Shown here: piece after piece, positions 50,426 through 64,000 of the stretch
How the letters are laid out: each line of letters starts with the position of its first letter
Position numbering within the stretch: position 1 is the stretch's first letter
Assembly: GCF_964204645.1 (NCBI RefSeq)
Contig: NC_134030.1
Location: 5,746,778 to 5,810,777, forward strand
DNA: 64,000 bases
Source of the DNA: Tubulanus polymorphus
Taxonomy: Eukaryota > Animalia > Nemertea
Reading direction: 5' to 3'
The notes under the pieces: generated by a model
Database searches by the model: none
What the model saw: the letters and a program-made list of their open reading frames with translations, nothing else
What the model was told of the DNA's origin: nothing
Position numbers and translations under genes: made by a program

Positions 50426-50628
50426 CAGGGACCAGTGTTGCACTCGTATTTTCAGAAAATATTTATTCTAAGCTGGTTTGGTCATAACAGCCGATCTCAA
50501 AAACCTTAAAACAGGTTTTTTGAAGATTTAGATTAACGCAAGTGTTAAGATTTAGACTAGGTCGAACGTAATAGATTTTTCTAATTCGTGAAATGCCTTG
50601 TGAGGAATTTCATCAAAACTGCTCCCCA
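50426..50628. mobile_element. Degraded MITE-like element
   Basis: Left end CAGGGACCAGTGTTG resembles right-end reverse complement CTGGGGAGCAGTTTTG. Internal TTAAGATTTAGACTA resembles the 56895 element. Confidence 0.3.
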
Positions 50629-53600
50629 GACTTAAAACCCTTCAGGTGGCGTGGTCACGTGGGGATAAAAACTCCCTGTTCGTATTGATTCTCCGCTATC
50701 TATATTCGCAGGGGTCGTGAATGTGATCTTGGTGTCAATTTTGTCGATTTCTGTGTAAAAAAAACCAAAAGTCACGATGAACACGCCTCGTTTACGTACA
50801 ATACGTCAAGTCACGATCTTTCATATCGAAAAGTTGCATAATATTTCCCTTTGGTGATGCGTGAAATGGACAAAATTGGCCGCATAAGATGCTCGACCAT
50901 TCCGAAAGAAATTGCGACACTGAGGGATTTATTGCGAACAAGTTTTCCTCGCGAGGTCGATGACTAGCGAGTAAACTTCTTAGCCTCGGGCAACGTCGAA
51001 TTTTTCTGCTTCTATTTCAATCCGTGCGAGTATATATTTTCATCGTAAAATGTCGTAAAAAACAGGACAAATGAAACGGCCCAAAAATTTCCTTTACACA
51101 AAAAAGTCCACATGTGTTTTTTTATGATTACAAAATTTTCATTACATTGTCACGTATTCGATAAATTTTAAATCCGTTTATTGTCTTCGATTCCGCTACA
51201 GATAAATGTTGACATTTTCGAACGAAATCATAGATGTTCCTATTCACTATTGGAAAGAATTTCATATCCGATTACATTAAAGCCGCCGTTGGTTTTAAGT
51301 TTGAATTCCTTCCGTAATCTCAGTTAACCGACTGTGACGTTACAACGGTTAATACGTTAAATATGTAGAATCTCTGACTGCCTGAAACGATAATTCGGTT
51401 TGATGAAAAATAAGGAAACAGGGAAATATGAACGGCACCCGTTTTTCTTTGGCGATCAATTCAGTTCGGTTCTGGGAATGCCTAACTATCGAAACGAATA
51501 CCAGATTTCATGATGTATCTTTTACAACGAAATGATGAATGATTAATGAAAATGATGAATACGCTACGCTCTAAAACAAGATGCCATTGTAGAACTCCCT
51601 CGATACGTTGTAAAACTCCTTCGATTCGACGTATGCGAGATGGTGATATATCGTGCCATAATGAGCAAACAGTTAAAGACGCTCGATTTGTCCGTTAATC
51701 AGCGATGATCTCTACATAGCTGCGTCTCTTGCGCTGACAATTCAATCTTTTCCGTCCCACAAGAGTACTCTGAGCGCGCTGCTACGAGCAAAAATTTGAA
51801 TACCGATTCACAAATCTGGCCACTTTCAATAAGACATACTGTAACGGATGACATACGAACTGATTTTTGCCGGCGTTACGACACTAGTCGACACGTTGCC
51901 CGCGAGCTGCTGTTGTTGTTGTGTGACGACACCATGAAATAGAAAAATGTTTAATGTCATCGTGTATCGTCGTGACTTAATACATTTCATAACGTTTTCT
52001 GATATTCGATCGGGGAAATCAACGGTTGTATTCGCACTAAAATGTCATAATGATTAAAGGTGATTGTTGATTGTTAGCCGGATGGAATCTACAGAACGGA
52101 TTATACCGTCGCCCACGTCAGGTCTATGTTTGATTAAACGGCGCTAGCTACGTCGCATCGAAGTAAACTAATTTCTTCTTCAAACGATCTTATATACCGA
52201 ATCCGCGACATCGCCGCCGCCCAGTCACGCCAATTTCTTGTCACTCTCAAACATAATAAAACGATTAATGTCAGAAATGTGTCCACTGTATATCAGTCGC
52301 ATTGTAGACAATAACTGACGCGATGAGATGAGATTCATCCGAGCGCGCAGTTTTATGCGTTATCCAATAGCATTCAATAGCTACGAGATCGTTGGTTGAT
52401 TTGGTCATATCCCAGATATAGCAGAAATATACGACCGAGTTTGTTAATTTACCAGTAAACTTTTTATGATAGGACATAAATCGTACATCAAACCGTAAAT
52501 ACGCGCACGGTTGAACAGTTTTCTCTTCTTTTCGGGGCTGTCGCAAAAGAACAATTTGTCGTATAGCTCCTTGATGATAACAGATTTACGCAGCAAATTG
52601 AGAAGTCCCTGACTCTTAAAATGTGCTACTTCTACTTTTTGTTATTCTACATTTAACGGGGTAAGCGCATCACGTCTTCGAATTCTATTCGGGTTCGTTT
52701 TTAAACCGTTCTTATTGCATGCACCATCGGAAAATGGCATATAATCGCGGTAGTAAACAGTTCGATATCGAGGCGATTAAAACCCTCATTCCTTGACTTA
52801 CGGCGGGGCAATCTCCGTAAATCATCGGCAATTTCCGCCTCTCACAAAATGGCGTCGTCAGCCGTTTCTGGTACATATAAATAAATCTGTCTGCACCATC
52901 GATATTCATCAAACCACCCACAGACATTTTAACCCTTTATTATCATTTCAAGGTAACGTCGTGTTTATGAAATAAATAGAAAACGGATCAATCCCAGTAA
53001 AACGCTCCATTTTGAAAAAGGTGTACCGTGGGACTGAAACATTAATTTTGATTTCATTTTCATCTTTGGTTCAGCCGTCGATTTCGATATGCCACCACGC
53101 CATTATAGAGAAAACGTCGTTTATATTCGATTCTGTAGAGGTTGATTGTGTCTTATGATATACGATAGTAAATTACATTATTGAGGACAAAGTCGCTTCA
53201 TTTCACTTTCAACCGGTCCCGCCTATTAGGAAACGATTTCTAGATGAAACCGACTTGAATGTCAGTAGTATTTATCTGAGAAATCCCGGCACTGCACGAA
53301 CACAGATGAAAGAGGGTCATTATTCGTCAAGCATCTGGAGTTTTCTCGGTGTTCGTCTCCGAGACGAGGTTTTTCTGCCGATATTTCATCGGAGAGTGGT
53401 GCGCAGAAAAGGAACATCGATTCTGAAGCGCGAAAAGAAATATCAACCTCTTCAATGTAACGATAGATCCTATTGAATTATGCAACGATAAAAGGCAAGT
53501 TCGATTACGATTGAAATTACCCCATCTTTTAGACCGGGAGAAAATATTCAGGGCCCTCGTCACCGTATTCTGAAACACTCTGATCACGCAGACCGGATAT

Positions 53601-55867
53601 TAAACACCGGATTCGACTCCTCCCGGTGCTAGTCTCGGAGACGAGATTTTTCCCTCTCAACCTACATCAACAATTAGCGTTACTGATCCTACTATTTGAA
53701 GATAGATAGATTAGATAGATAGATACAGTGGAGCCCACATTATTCACCCAGTTTACATGAAATCTGGATAGAAAATCATTTTCTTGTATATTAATGAACA
53801 AAAGGACTGCAAATAATGCCCGAACTAGACCAAAATCCGGATTAAGCAAGTTTTGCTGCATGTGTATTTTGTCCACAAAAAAAGATATTTGCCCTGACAA
53901 TAGAATTCTACAATTGCACGATATCAATTTGAGCGTTGCAAGTAACGACGTACACGGAGATTTAACAGCATGTAATTACGAGCTAAGAACGATTTACAAT
54001 ATTTATATCCAATCTTGAAGGTAAGCCTAGAATATATTATCTATTTAATGTCAACGTGGTGACAATACGATTTGATTACTTATAACTTGATAAAGCGATT
54101 TCCTGGTTTCTAACAGGTGTTTTAGATTTTCGGGGCCTCGCTCCGTTTAAAAGTTGCAAGGAAGTAGGCGAGGTCTTGCGTCCACGTGTGCGGGGCATTA
54201 GAGATGGGCATGGCGTTCATCGACTAAGGTTGCACTTATCGCATAGAGCCTATCTTCACTTAGAATTCGAATGTTGAACGATGGGAACGATGGGAACCAT
54301 CTTTCGTCTCGACTGGTAGAGTGTTAACACCCCTATTCGGTGGCATATCATTTGGCGATGCATCTCCATTAGACGACACTTACGATTGAAAAATGACTGT
54401 TCCGTGTTTGAAATTATTATGATTTGTTTGAATAATTTTCCGACCTGGAACAGCTGTCATATAGCGTCTCATTTCCTATAACAATGTTTACCGTACGACA
54501 TCCGTTACGTGGCAGTACATACTAATTCGGGGCAATCATTTTCGGTCCCTTAGAGAGAGACGATTGTTCGTCGGTAAAAAAGCTGCGCAATCCGCTCGGT
54601 TTATCATTGTAAATATTAGTTTGTCGCTCGCTAGCGAGAACTGTTTTTTAATTTCAAAATTAATGACGCGAGAACGCCGATATTCATACAGTCTTTGGTT
54701 CTTGTAATGAACATCAATTCACAATGTAAATATTTTTCCGCAAATGGGATACTGCATTTGAAGCCAAGATTCTCTTTTCAAATGAACTAATTCGATATTC
54801 GATAATTTTACAGTTTGTCTTGCCGCCGGGAGTTAGATATTCTGCTACGTCAGGGACGTTAAACAGAAAAACAGAAACCCCCTGTGTCCACTTCTGAGAA
54901 TTTCTGAACAGACACTGAAACGTGCCCTGGAAATATTTAGCTGTCGTTTCATTGAATTCGATGATTGCCTCCTAATTACGAGTCAAGTACGAAGATAACG
55001 ATGTAGTCTAACATACGCCCAACCGTCCTCGCCTGTCTGACCTGAAGTCATTTCATGATATGTCAGTGAAATGAGCCAAGCCTTTTAAACTATTTTCTGG
55101 ACGTGCCATTGCCATTTCGGCTTGGCAAATTGCTAACTGCGACGCGTATCTGACCTCGTATCATTTGTTTCGGCTGCAAAAAGTAATTGAGTCGTATTCC
55201 TTATTAGCAATTTCATCACCTCTCCAACGTTGCCTGATCCGTTCTTCTGGCATTGTCACTTTGGAAGAAAAAAAACAACGCCGAGGAACCAAGCGGATGA
55301 CGTGAAGAAAACCTGCGGGCGTTAGCTAGTTAGTTTTATACTACTGAATATCATTCGGTTTCTATCGCGAAGATAAACTGCCTACACCCGCCCGGTATTC
55401 GACGACATAGTCGGGATTTATATTTTCGGGGTTCGAATGACACGAATGATTTTGCACCCGTTCCGCAGTTCTGTGGTTGGACTGTATTCGACTTTGTAAA
55501 TTGAAAAATGTTCCAAAAATATAACTCTTCATATACATCTAACCTTCATCGCACTGTTGCCAATATTTTCAGTTCTGGGTAAACGAATCGTTTTCCTCTT
55601 CACGTCACATTCACCGCACGTATAGTTCGTTTCTGATCTTATTTAGTCACTAATGATAATAGATTGTCTTCACAAATGTATCGAATTTCAAGTGACAAGG
55701 AAATGGTTTACAACAATGACATATACGACTGTCGTTCATATTTCTGTGATCTATGCGAATTTTGTCATTTCTAAAACAATAAACTACCGTTATTATCACC
55801 GCAATTCGGGTAATGATTTTCAGGGGATTTAGTTCAAGGAGTTAGATTTAATAGCAACAGTTATTTA

Positions 55868-56135
55868 ATTTCCCATAGCACCCTTTTCGCTGCGATACAA
55901 TGTTCAACACGGAGCCTTCCATTAAATAGGTATTTTAACCCCCAGCCTAAAACTCTAACCAGTTATCTCTCCCTGGGGGAGGTAACATCCGAGCAGCTGC
56001 TAGGCGCTCAGGAGTCATCTATCGGACCAGGCAGCCGTCTACTCCAGTGAAAAGAGGCAATGAGGATAAGTGTCTCTCCCCCGAATACTACGGTAACGTA
56101 CGGTGTTCGAACCCAGATTCGAACGCTCTAACCAT
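55868..56135 (-). mobile_element. tRNA-derived SINE, copy 2
   Basis: Shares tacaatgttcaac..gccttccattaaat..acccccagcc.taaactc.aacca, gaggcaatgaggata.gtg and gaacgctctaacca with copy 1. Minus-strand B-box GGTTCGAACACC. Confidence 0.75.
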
Positions 56136-56894
56136 TGATATGATAATGATTTATTTTCAAGTAAAACTTTGACAGAATTAATGAATAAACTAATACAATA
56201 ATAATGTGATGTTATTTAATGAAACAACATTCGCCCGAAAAAATCAATTCAATTTCGACGAGCGATGACTAGGTTTCTTCGATTGGTTTCATGTTCGGGT
56301 TCAACCATCGAAGTCACGGATACGGAAGGCTCGGGTTCCAATCCTAGCGATGTACATCAGGATATATCATTTGTAAACAATCACCATTGGTTGAAGTGTT
56401 TAAAACTACATCTATCATATTACATTCATAATCAATTTTATACCACTATTAACGAAGACGGTTTGAAATCGCCACCAGGCAATTCTTATCGTATTTCAAC
56501 TTGATGTCCAACTCCATTAGTTACACTATTATAAATCACCCTGCCTTATACATATATTCATTTACCCAATTATCACCACTCGTTCATATTTGCAATTAAC
56601 ACGTAAGTGTTATATATTTTTGTTCCCAGGCGACGATGTAAGTACATCTTCGCTGTAATTGTACGCACGCTATTGCTGACACGATGTATTACTGAAATAC
56701 ACTTCAAGTTCGATGATTTATACATATAAAACCAATTATTTCAAAATATGTGTAGAAAATATGTAAAATTCATTTCGAAAAAAATGTCGCCGAAACTTTA
56801 TTCTCGTAACTTCAAATTTTGAGTTGATGTAACGCGAGAAGTGACGGTGAAATTAGGCGCACTCGCCGGGGATCGTAGAAAGCATGCCTACTAA

Positions 56895-57027
56895 CCAAGG
56901 GGCCGAGTCCACAGTCAGGGCTTAGTCCTAAGACCAACTTAGTTCTATGGCCAATCTAACAACCACTCAAGACCATTCTTAAGATTAAATAACACTTTCA
57001 AGTCTAGACTATGGAAGCGACCCCTGG
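56895..57027. mobile_element. Short MITE (~130 bp)
   Basis: Left end CCAAGGGGCCGAGTCCACAGTC vs right-end reverse complement CCAGGGGTCGCTTCCATAGTC. Internal CTTAG/CTAAG/CTTAAG subrepeats. Confidence 0.55.
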
Positions 57028-60000
57028 ATTTTATTATATCGCAATAGTGTGGTATCGATCAACACGGTGATGGCGACTGATAACAGCCAGTTTTTCGACA
57101 AATAAAACAGAATCAATTTTCTTATGATTCAACGAAATGATTTTCCTATCATCCGTTAGTCTTTGTTGGCAGTTAAACACCGATGGACTCGGACTGTTGA
57201 AGTACGCGTTTTTCGCGTAAGACAAAATTGCGTGAAAACGGAAGTAAATTGCGAAATCATCTTTCGATAATCTAGGATCGTTTTGTCATCGCCGTAATTT
57301 CCCGAATTACGCCGCCGGTTCGCAGCCCTCGAAAATTAATATCGCGCATTAAGAACCGATACCGCGGGCTGCGACGCGGATTTTGCGTGCGCGTAAAAAC
57401 ACTCGACCGCCTTTTGATGATACGAGCATTTGGAATTCCGACGAGCGCCGCTCCCGGCTGTAAAATAACCCGGGAAATGAGTAGTATGCAAAGCAATTTC
57501 ATGCATCAGTCCAGTAACGGAGATAAAAACACAAATTATACGCTATTTCAGAGGCCATGTCTGCGTCTTCACATGTCTAACGTCTGAAGACCTTTTACTA
57601 AAAATGCCCATGAACCGTACGCACGTATTCAGAACCAAGTCGAGCCACTTAGGAGCAATTTCCACTAAGTCCCTTGGCCAGGTTTTACTAAAAATTAGTT
57701 TATTTTCGTCTATCTTCGTCCCAGAGTTAAATCTTGAACAAAAAAATTCACGTCCGGCGCTTTCCTTTTGTGGGTTGAGTCATTGCCGTAATAATGTGTC
57801 TCCTAGTCCTAAAAGTTACGAATGAAATTCGTTAAAATACTATTTCAATGGTGCTTTCAATCTATTGATTAAGAAGACCCCAGCTGTTATTATATTCTGA
57901 AATCGAAAATGACACATTAATAACGTCAGAATCTTTCGCATGAGGATATACAGAATTCAGCATTTCGCACAGAGAAATAAAGGTGATAGCAATGAATTAG
58001 TCTGACGTTAGAATGGGCTTTAAACACGTAGTATCTGTGACGGGTATCGCAAGGGATTTTATCGGTGTCAACTAGCAACTCTATTGTAGCGTAAAACGTA
58101 ACGATGATAATTTTCCTTCGATCTATTTTAATGAGAAGTTTCCCGTCGGGAAAAGATATAACATTAGCCGGTTTACTACGCGCTTTTAGAATCGGATAAT
58201 TTCACCGCTGCGAGTTGTGCGAATGCTACCGGTGACGACGTTGTCGTCGGTAGCCGCGGCTACGTAAAAATCAATGTTTTCCTCACGTCTGTATTTCATT
58301 CTGAAATATTTATGGCGCGCGAAATGATAGAAAATCGGTTCGGAGTTTTTTTTACGTCCGTCAAAATGAGGTGAATAATGTATATGTACGTTTTCCACGG
58401 CGAGGAAACTTATTCAGTTTATTTCTGCCCGAATGGACATTCGACATCGGCGTTGAATTTTGAGAAGGTGCTCGGGGTTGGCGTACAGAAATAGGCTAAA
58501 ACCGTTTAAAAACCTTTTATCGTAATTGGATCCAAAAAATATAATCGTTACGCCGTATCCACATTGTCTAGAAAGATTAATGTCGGTTGTTTGTTTTGGG
58601 TTTGTTGGGCTTTTTTTCGAACGGATCTGGGTTTAGTGGAAAATCTGCTCGTAATGTATTAATTGCTCGGTATGAAATTGGAATTCGTTTGAAAGCTTTC
58701 TTGAAGAAAGGTTATTAGCGGTACAAGACGGCGTCTTTGCCTGACATTAATGCGGTATTAGAGTCATTTTGAGCATCTTCTTGGCTTATTGCGAGCTTGC
58801 TCATTTGATTCAGTAGCGGGCTGTTGAAATATGATCTGTTCCTTGGATAATGACACCATGCTATCGCAATTATGATTAGTTTTTGACATGGAAATAAATC
58901 GAGTGCTCAACTCCTATAGTCGCTGCTCTTAGTCAGTTTGCCAATTATTTCCAAGTTGCAGAAGCGGCTATCGCTGCATGCGCATTAATAATAACAAGCC
59001 GAGCCAAATGATGTGGACAAAATGTAAAATGATGTCGCGGCGGATGCATCAGCTTGATTAACTGCTACACGAGACCTTCCAAAAATAACCTGAACTTCAA
59101 GTTTCCAATTCGATAAATCTTCAACGATGATCTTATTTCAAAATGGACGTTGCTCGTACGTACACGGACGGACGTGGAGTGAGCAGATGTTACGGTCTGA
59201 TGTTCTTGATCGATGCGACGATAGATGATGCACCTACGAACATCGTTATGAGATGGGCTGCTGTTTATTCTTAGATTTACGTCCACACTTCAGCATACGA
59301 GTCCAGGACAACGAGATGATAGAGCCTTTTGATGTCGCGCTCGTGACATGTTCTCCTACGGTATTTATACGCCGACGAAAAACTACTCCAAAACATCAAT
59401 GCGATGTATTCTTTTGTTTACTTTTTGCCCATTCATCCCTCCGTTGGTAATAACCGGCGTCCTCGACTGTACCGCGCATATGGGTTGTATTTTTATACAT
59501 GCAACGAAGAGGGGCTTTCAGTATTAGTCATTTATAGAATTAACGCCCATATGGTGTCCTTGGTGTTTTTCCATTTGAAGACATTCGTCAGTCCTTTCAA
59601 CCAGTTCTCTTGACCGCGGATGAATACAAAGAAGAAACGTGGTTGACGTATAAAAATTCATCTAGTGTCTATTGTTGACAGGAACGAAATCCGTCATAAT
59701 TCGACGAAAAAAATTGTCGTTTGTCTCCTGTCGCTCAGTTCACTTTGGAAGATCTATTCCATATATAGTGTATGAAAATCTTGACGCACAGAGAATGCCG
59801 CGGTGGTCGTCGCCGCCGAGTTTGAGATAATGTAATCAAGAACAGTTTGACAGGTTAACCCGAGATAATCATCAGGAGATGGGAAGATTTGATTATATGA
59901 AGGTGAATTCATCTGATGTGAATAACATTAGTTTTCATGCTGGCCACCGGTCTGGCGTTCAGTCATTGTTCCGTCCAGCGATAAAAAAAAACGTATTCCA

Positions 60001-60343
60001 GTGGGCATATATGTTCCCGACAGTCACGGATATTAGCGCTGTCGAAGTCTAGTCTATATGAATTTACGAATATCATCGTCCGTTTATTTCGTCATGATTA
60101 ACTCTATAAAGCTTCAGAATTGCATTTTGCGTCAATACCCAGCCGCCCCGGCCAGAAAAAACATTAAGCTAAACCAACGCGCGATAGAATAATCGCTCGG
60201 TACCGGTTGTCAATATAACATTGGCAGGTGCCTGTTAATTTAGGCAAGAAAGCAACTTTTCAAGAACACCAAACAGTTTTGATATCAGGAACCCGGTTCA
60301 CAGACCGACTTAACGTATCATTAAAGTTCCATTAGTATTGTGT

Positions 60344-60400
60344 TATCGTGACAAATGAAACTTTACGTCGAATCGACTTAAAGTTTCATTTGTCACGATA
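60344..60400. repeat. Near-perfect 57-nt palindrome
   Basis: TATCGTGACAAATGAAACTTTA-CGTCGAATCGACT-TAAAGTTTCATTTGTCACGATA: a perfect 22-bp stem, one mismatch, then 5 more bp. Confidence 0.92.
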
Positions 60401-63400
60401 CGTCAAAATGAGACCCCTGCGTCCATATATTTGTATGCACGATTACCAACCGTTCAACTATAGGTGAGGTGAAGGAATGCGTCAAAACTTAGAATATCAG
60501 TTCTTGAATCTTTTTCGGGGAGCGGTTTTGCAAAACGACTAAAACTTCACCGGTAATGATATAATTGTAATGATAGTAATAACGATAATCTTTGTGCAGC
60601 GTCTGTTTCATTTAAAACATGTTCAACGGTGAAACTGCAGCTTACAGCCCATACATAGAAAAGCACAGCATGTTTTTATACTGCGTTTGTGTTCAGATCA
60701 TCAATTTTCCGAATCTCTGCATCCAAAGACTTCTACGCGATAACGTCTAGTGCATCTAGGTCTGCGAAACGCCCCCTGGTTATTACGATATACTTATATC
60801 GTTTCGTTATCAACCGCCAGACATGCGGCAGCGATGCAGTTTGGGGTTGGTATGTATCACATATAACGGTAACAATAAATTCGAAAGATAACGAACAAGA
60901 GCTTGCTTGTAACGGTATCTAACGATCACGGTATTTAAACAACATAAAAACGCGACCATCGATTAATTAGCGATGAAAACCGCTGCACGCTTCGGGGCTG
61001 CATCAAAGAATCTTGGAAATATATTTCACCCACATTGCTTCTCTTCAAGTCTCGATCAAAGATAAAATCGATTTTTGTTTTCTTAATATCAAAATTCTAT
61101 CCATATCCAAAATTAGCCCATCGTGTGCATCGTGATAGTCGATTAAAAACCTTCATTTTAGATCACGAATTATTAGAATCGATGGATAGACGTCATTTCT
61201 CATTCAAATGAACGAATGTTTTAAGCTAACGAAATACAAAAGGTTTAATCATTCAAACGAGCACAATAATAATTGCATTCATTTTTATATGTCATGCAAA
61301 CAAGGCTCAGAATATGACATTGTCGAACCGAAACAAAAGTAGACAAAAGCGAAACCGCTTCCAATAGATAGATTTAGTTTTCAGTTCGTGCATTTTTCTA
61401 TTGACATTTTTCTAAACAAAGTCAAGATCCAAATAACTTAAACTTCGCCTCTCAATTAGTGTTCCATGAACTGCGAGCTTTGTTTTGAAAACTTTCACCC
61501 AGGAACCTCCCTTCCCTCGTATATAGAGAGCACAGTCGCATGCGGCTGGATCTTTGTTTTTTGTAGATAAAATCGCTTAAAACTGAATTTCGAATTGTCA
61601 CCAGCTGTTATTTTAGACTGTTGTCTTCTATTCAGCTGCTTGTATATACACTTGTTGACGAACACAAGCAAAATCTGATCGTTTTATCGGTGATACCGAC
61701 AGCAGAATGCAACATGTAAGTTGCATTCGCGAATCATGCATACGTTGGCGGGCTGCCGTGATCGCGCAGCGAGATCTTCGACCGATCGACAGATTGTATC
61801 AATTTATTCGCCGGCATCTGTGCCGTCGGTCCCGCCGTACACGCCGCGCGATTCCCAATCTGTGCTGGCTGAAATAAATCACATATCAATCAGATCTTTT
61901 CATGTTTTAACGATTAACTCAAGCGCCAGGTGCCGTCGTGATAATGCATTCTCGACAGTAGACATTCGGGATATATTACCAAAGAACAACTGTGGTAAGT
62001 ACTACGCTTTCGCTTTTCAGAACGTTAAAATATTATTATTGACACGCGATAGCACGTTCGAATTCACAATTTGAAAGCAGCGCGGCGGCGGCGGTGAGTG
62101 CTCTCTCCAGATTCGTTTTAGACAGAAAATTCGTCGAATGACGTCAGGTGGAAATAGGTGGGTTTCGTATAAGTTTCTCTATCATCCGTCAATCTGCGCG
62201 AAACGCGTAGTGTTTCTAACTGTTCCTGTCAGGTGGTGGAGTATCCTCATCAGTTAAAAGCGTTTAACTTGTCAAACAACTCTAGCATATCTGCAGTATA
62301 CTGACAATCTGAACTACCTGAGCCACTCTTTTAGAAGTCAATGCTTAATTAACTTTAGTAAAACAAAACAGGACGAGTGATAAGATTTTAACTATTTCCC
62401 GGAACACGGCCATTAGCCCGTTCTACTCTATGGCTTATTGTTGAATTGCATCCGCCGCTTGAATATTGAGGACGTGGTCATCTTTTTTTCTTTTTTAGTT
62501 TCTAATCAATTTTTTGTTGAGATGCTAGTATCCGTCGCCCAGTTTATCATGAGTAGTAATAAGTAATAGATATAGTGTTAATTGTTAATTCGACGACCTT
62601 GGGATCGGAATAAAATGAATCGCGCTGCTCTTATGTCTGGCTGTAAAGTTTCCGATACATAGAATCATCGGTTTGTTCGTATTTGGATTACCTCATTGCT
62701 TTGAATTGTTTCTAGAAAAGTAGGTTGTATGTCTCAGTTCCGAAGGGTCTATCTGTAAAATATCGTAATGGACTTTTTTGTCATATTCGCTCCTTATTCG
62801 CTTCAAATATGATCGGACGCGTGTTTGCTCATACAGAAGGTTGATCGTCGTTCCTCGCTTCTTTTTTTATTGTTTTCGCGCGTGTCGGTGGTCGACATTG
62901 ATCCGACGATGGACGTGATGCAGTTATACTGTTAGGTCGAGAGAAAAAAGCATTCTTATTGCAACGCGCACGGTGACTTCAAAGCGGCGATAATTTGTCA
63001 TCAAGAGAAAATTTATTCGAAGGTGAAACAAGCAAGAAAAACAACACTGAAACCATATCATATACGTTTATAGTTGAAAATATTTGGAAGCATAAGAAAT
63101 TTGCAGAGAGGGTCGCGTCTGTTTAAGATCAATATCAACTTGCTTGCATTGATGTTATTGAAGCATTGGCCGTTATTAACAAACATCAATTGAAGACTTC
63201 GTTAATTGACTTCGTTATGTAATAATATGCTAAGGGTTTTTATACACGAATTGCAGTTCTATTTGATGTCGAAATGTCGAATGCACTCATGAACCGAGTT
63301 ACCTTACCGTTTGCTTATTTTGCGATCATTTAGTTCAGTGGTTTGGGGTTTACTGTTACACCGCGCCGATGGCATATAACTTCGATGTTGTTGAAATCGT

Positions 63401-64000
63401 ATTTACATTTTCCGCGTATTTACTTGGACACTGGCGATGATTAAGTCATTTAATAGCAAAATTCAACATCCCTTCGGCGGAATTACTCGCGCATAGTAGT
63501 GATAATAGTAATCGGCAGTTGGCTGGTGTAGTCGGATGGGCAATATTTCAACCGGCGTGTGTTATGTTATAGTAAAACATCACGCTTAAATTAAACACAC
63601 AGGAGATATGTTTTACGCCGTCGGTTACACAAGAACATTTATCACGTCATTTTGATGATAAGCATCCTTCGAATAGAACCGTCATTTATATATGAAGAGC
63701 GTTGATCTATTTGCGTTTAATTTGACTCGTAGCGCTTTTCGACAATGTGAATTACTGCCCGGAAACCGACTTTTCATATGTCGAGTATTTCAGTATTTAC
63801 GATTATGTTTTTGTTCATTTCGTCTGTTCACGAAACATCGAAAATTATTGGTAGCATTTATCGGCGATTATCGTGATTATTCCTATTGTAATGCAACTCT
63901 TAAAACCTATCTTTTTCTTCAAGCTCATTATATAGTTAACCACACTTAAATTATGTATCCATGTTCTATGTAAGAGCCTTAAAGCAGTGTTCATTTAAAA

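Noticed and set aside
53533-53627. ACCGGGAG...CTCCCGGT with a B-box-like GGATTCGACTCC
   Set aside because: No cloverleaf; at most a decayed SINE/tRNA fragment.
62719-62730. AGTAGGTTGTAT, similar to the middle of let-7
   Set aside because: Lacks the TGAGGT 5' seed and a precursor hairpin.
17000-64000. Most 60-130 aa ORFs in the track
   Set aside because: Many start at GTG/TTG, have non-protein-like composition and lack motifs; their density is as expected by chance in eukaryotic non-coding DNA.

Overview
This is AT-rich eukaryotic DNA with GT-AG introns and no obvious CpG depletion. Its gene and repeat content suggests a marine invertebrate, probably a lophotrochozoan (inference). It is not prokaryotic: I found no operons, CRISPR arrays, rRNA or intact tRNA. 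The first 17 kb hold two intronless, paralogous class A peptide-receptor-like GPCRs (800-1849, 11222-12289). They are followed by a tandem pair of two-exon genes for small secreted proteins with a degenerate PAN/apple-like motif (13903-14717, 15627-16147). The remaining ~47 kb are almost entirely non-coding and look like large introns or 5' regions of a + strand gene with scattered small exons. Manual splicing gave two genes missing from the ORF track. One is a 3-exon minus-strand single-pass membrane microprotein (35185-34343) whose tandem splice donors switch a calcineurin PxIxIT-like C-terminus on or off. The other, less certain, is a possible amidated neuropeptide precursor (21954-22267). 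Repeats include two PIF/Harbinger-type MITE copies with TTA TSDs, a pogo/Tigger-like MITE, other MITEs, two copies of a tRNA-derived SINE, a probable HINE/Helentron-like element, a 220-bp local duplication and several near-perfect ~55-nt hairpins. All spliced models were made by eye and need RNA-seq confirmation.
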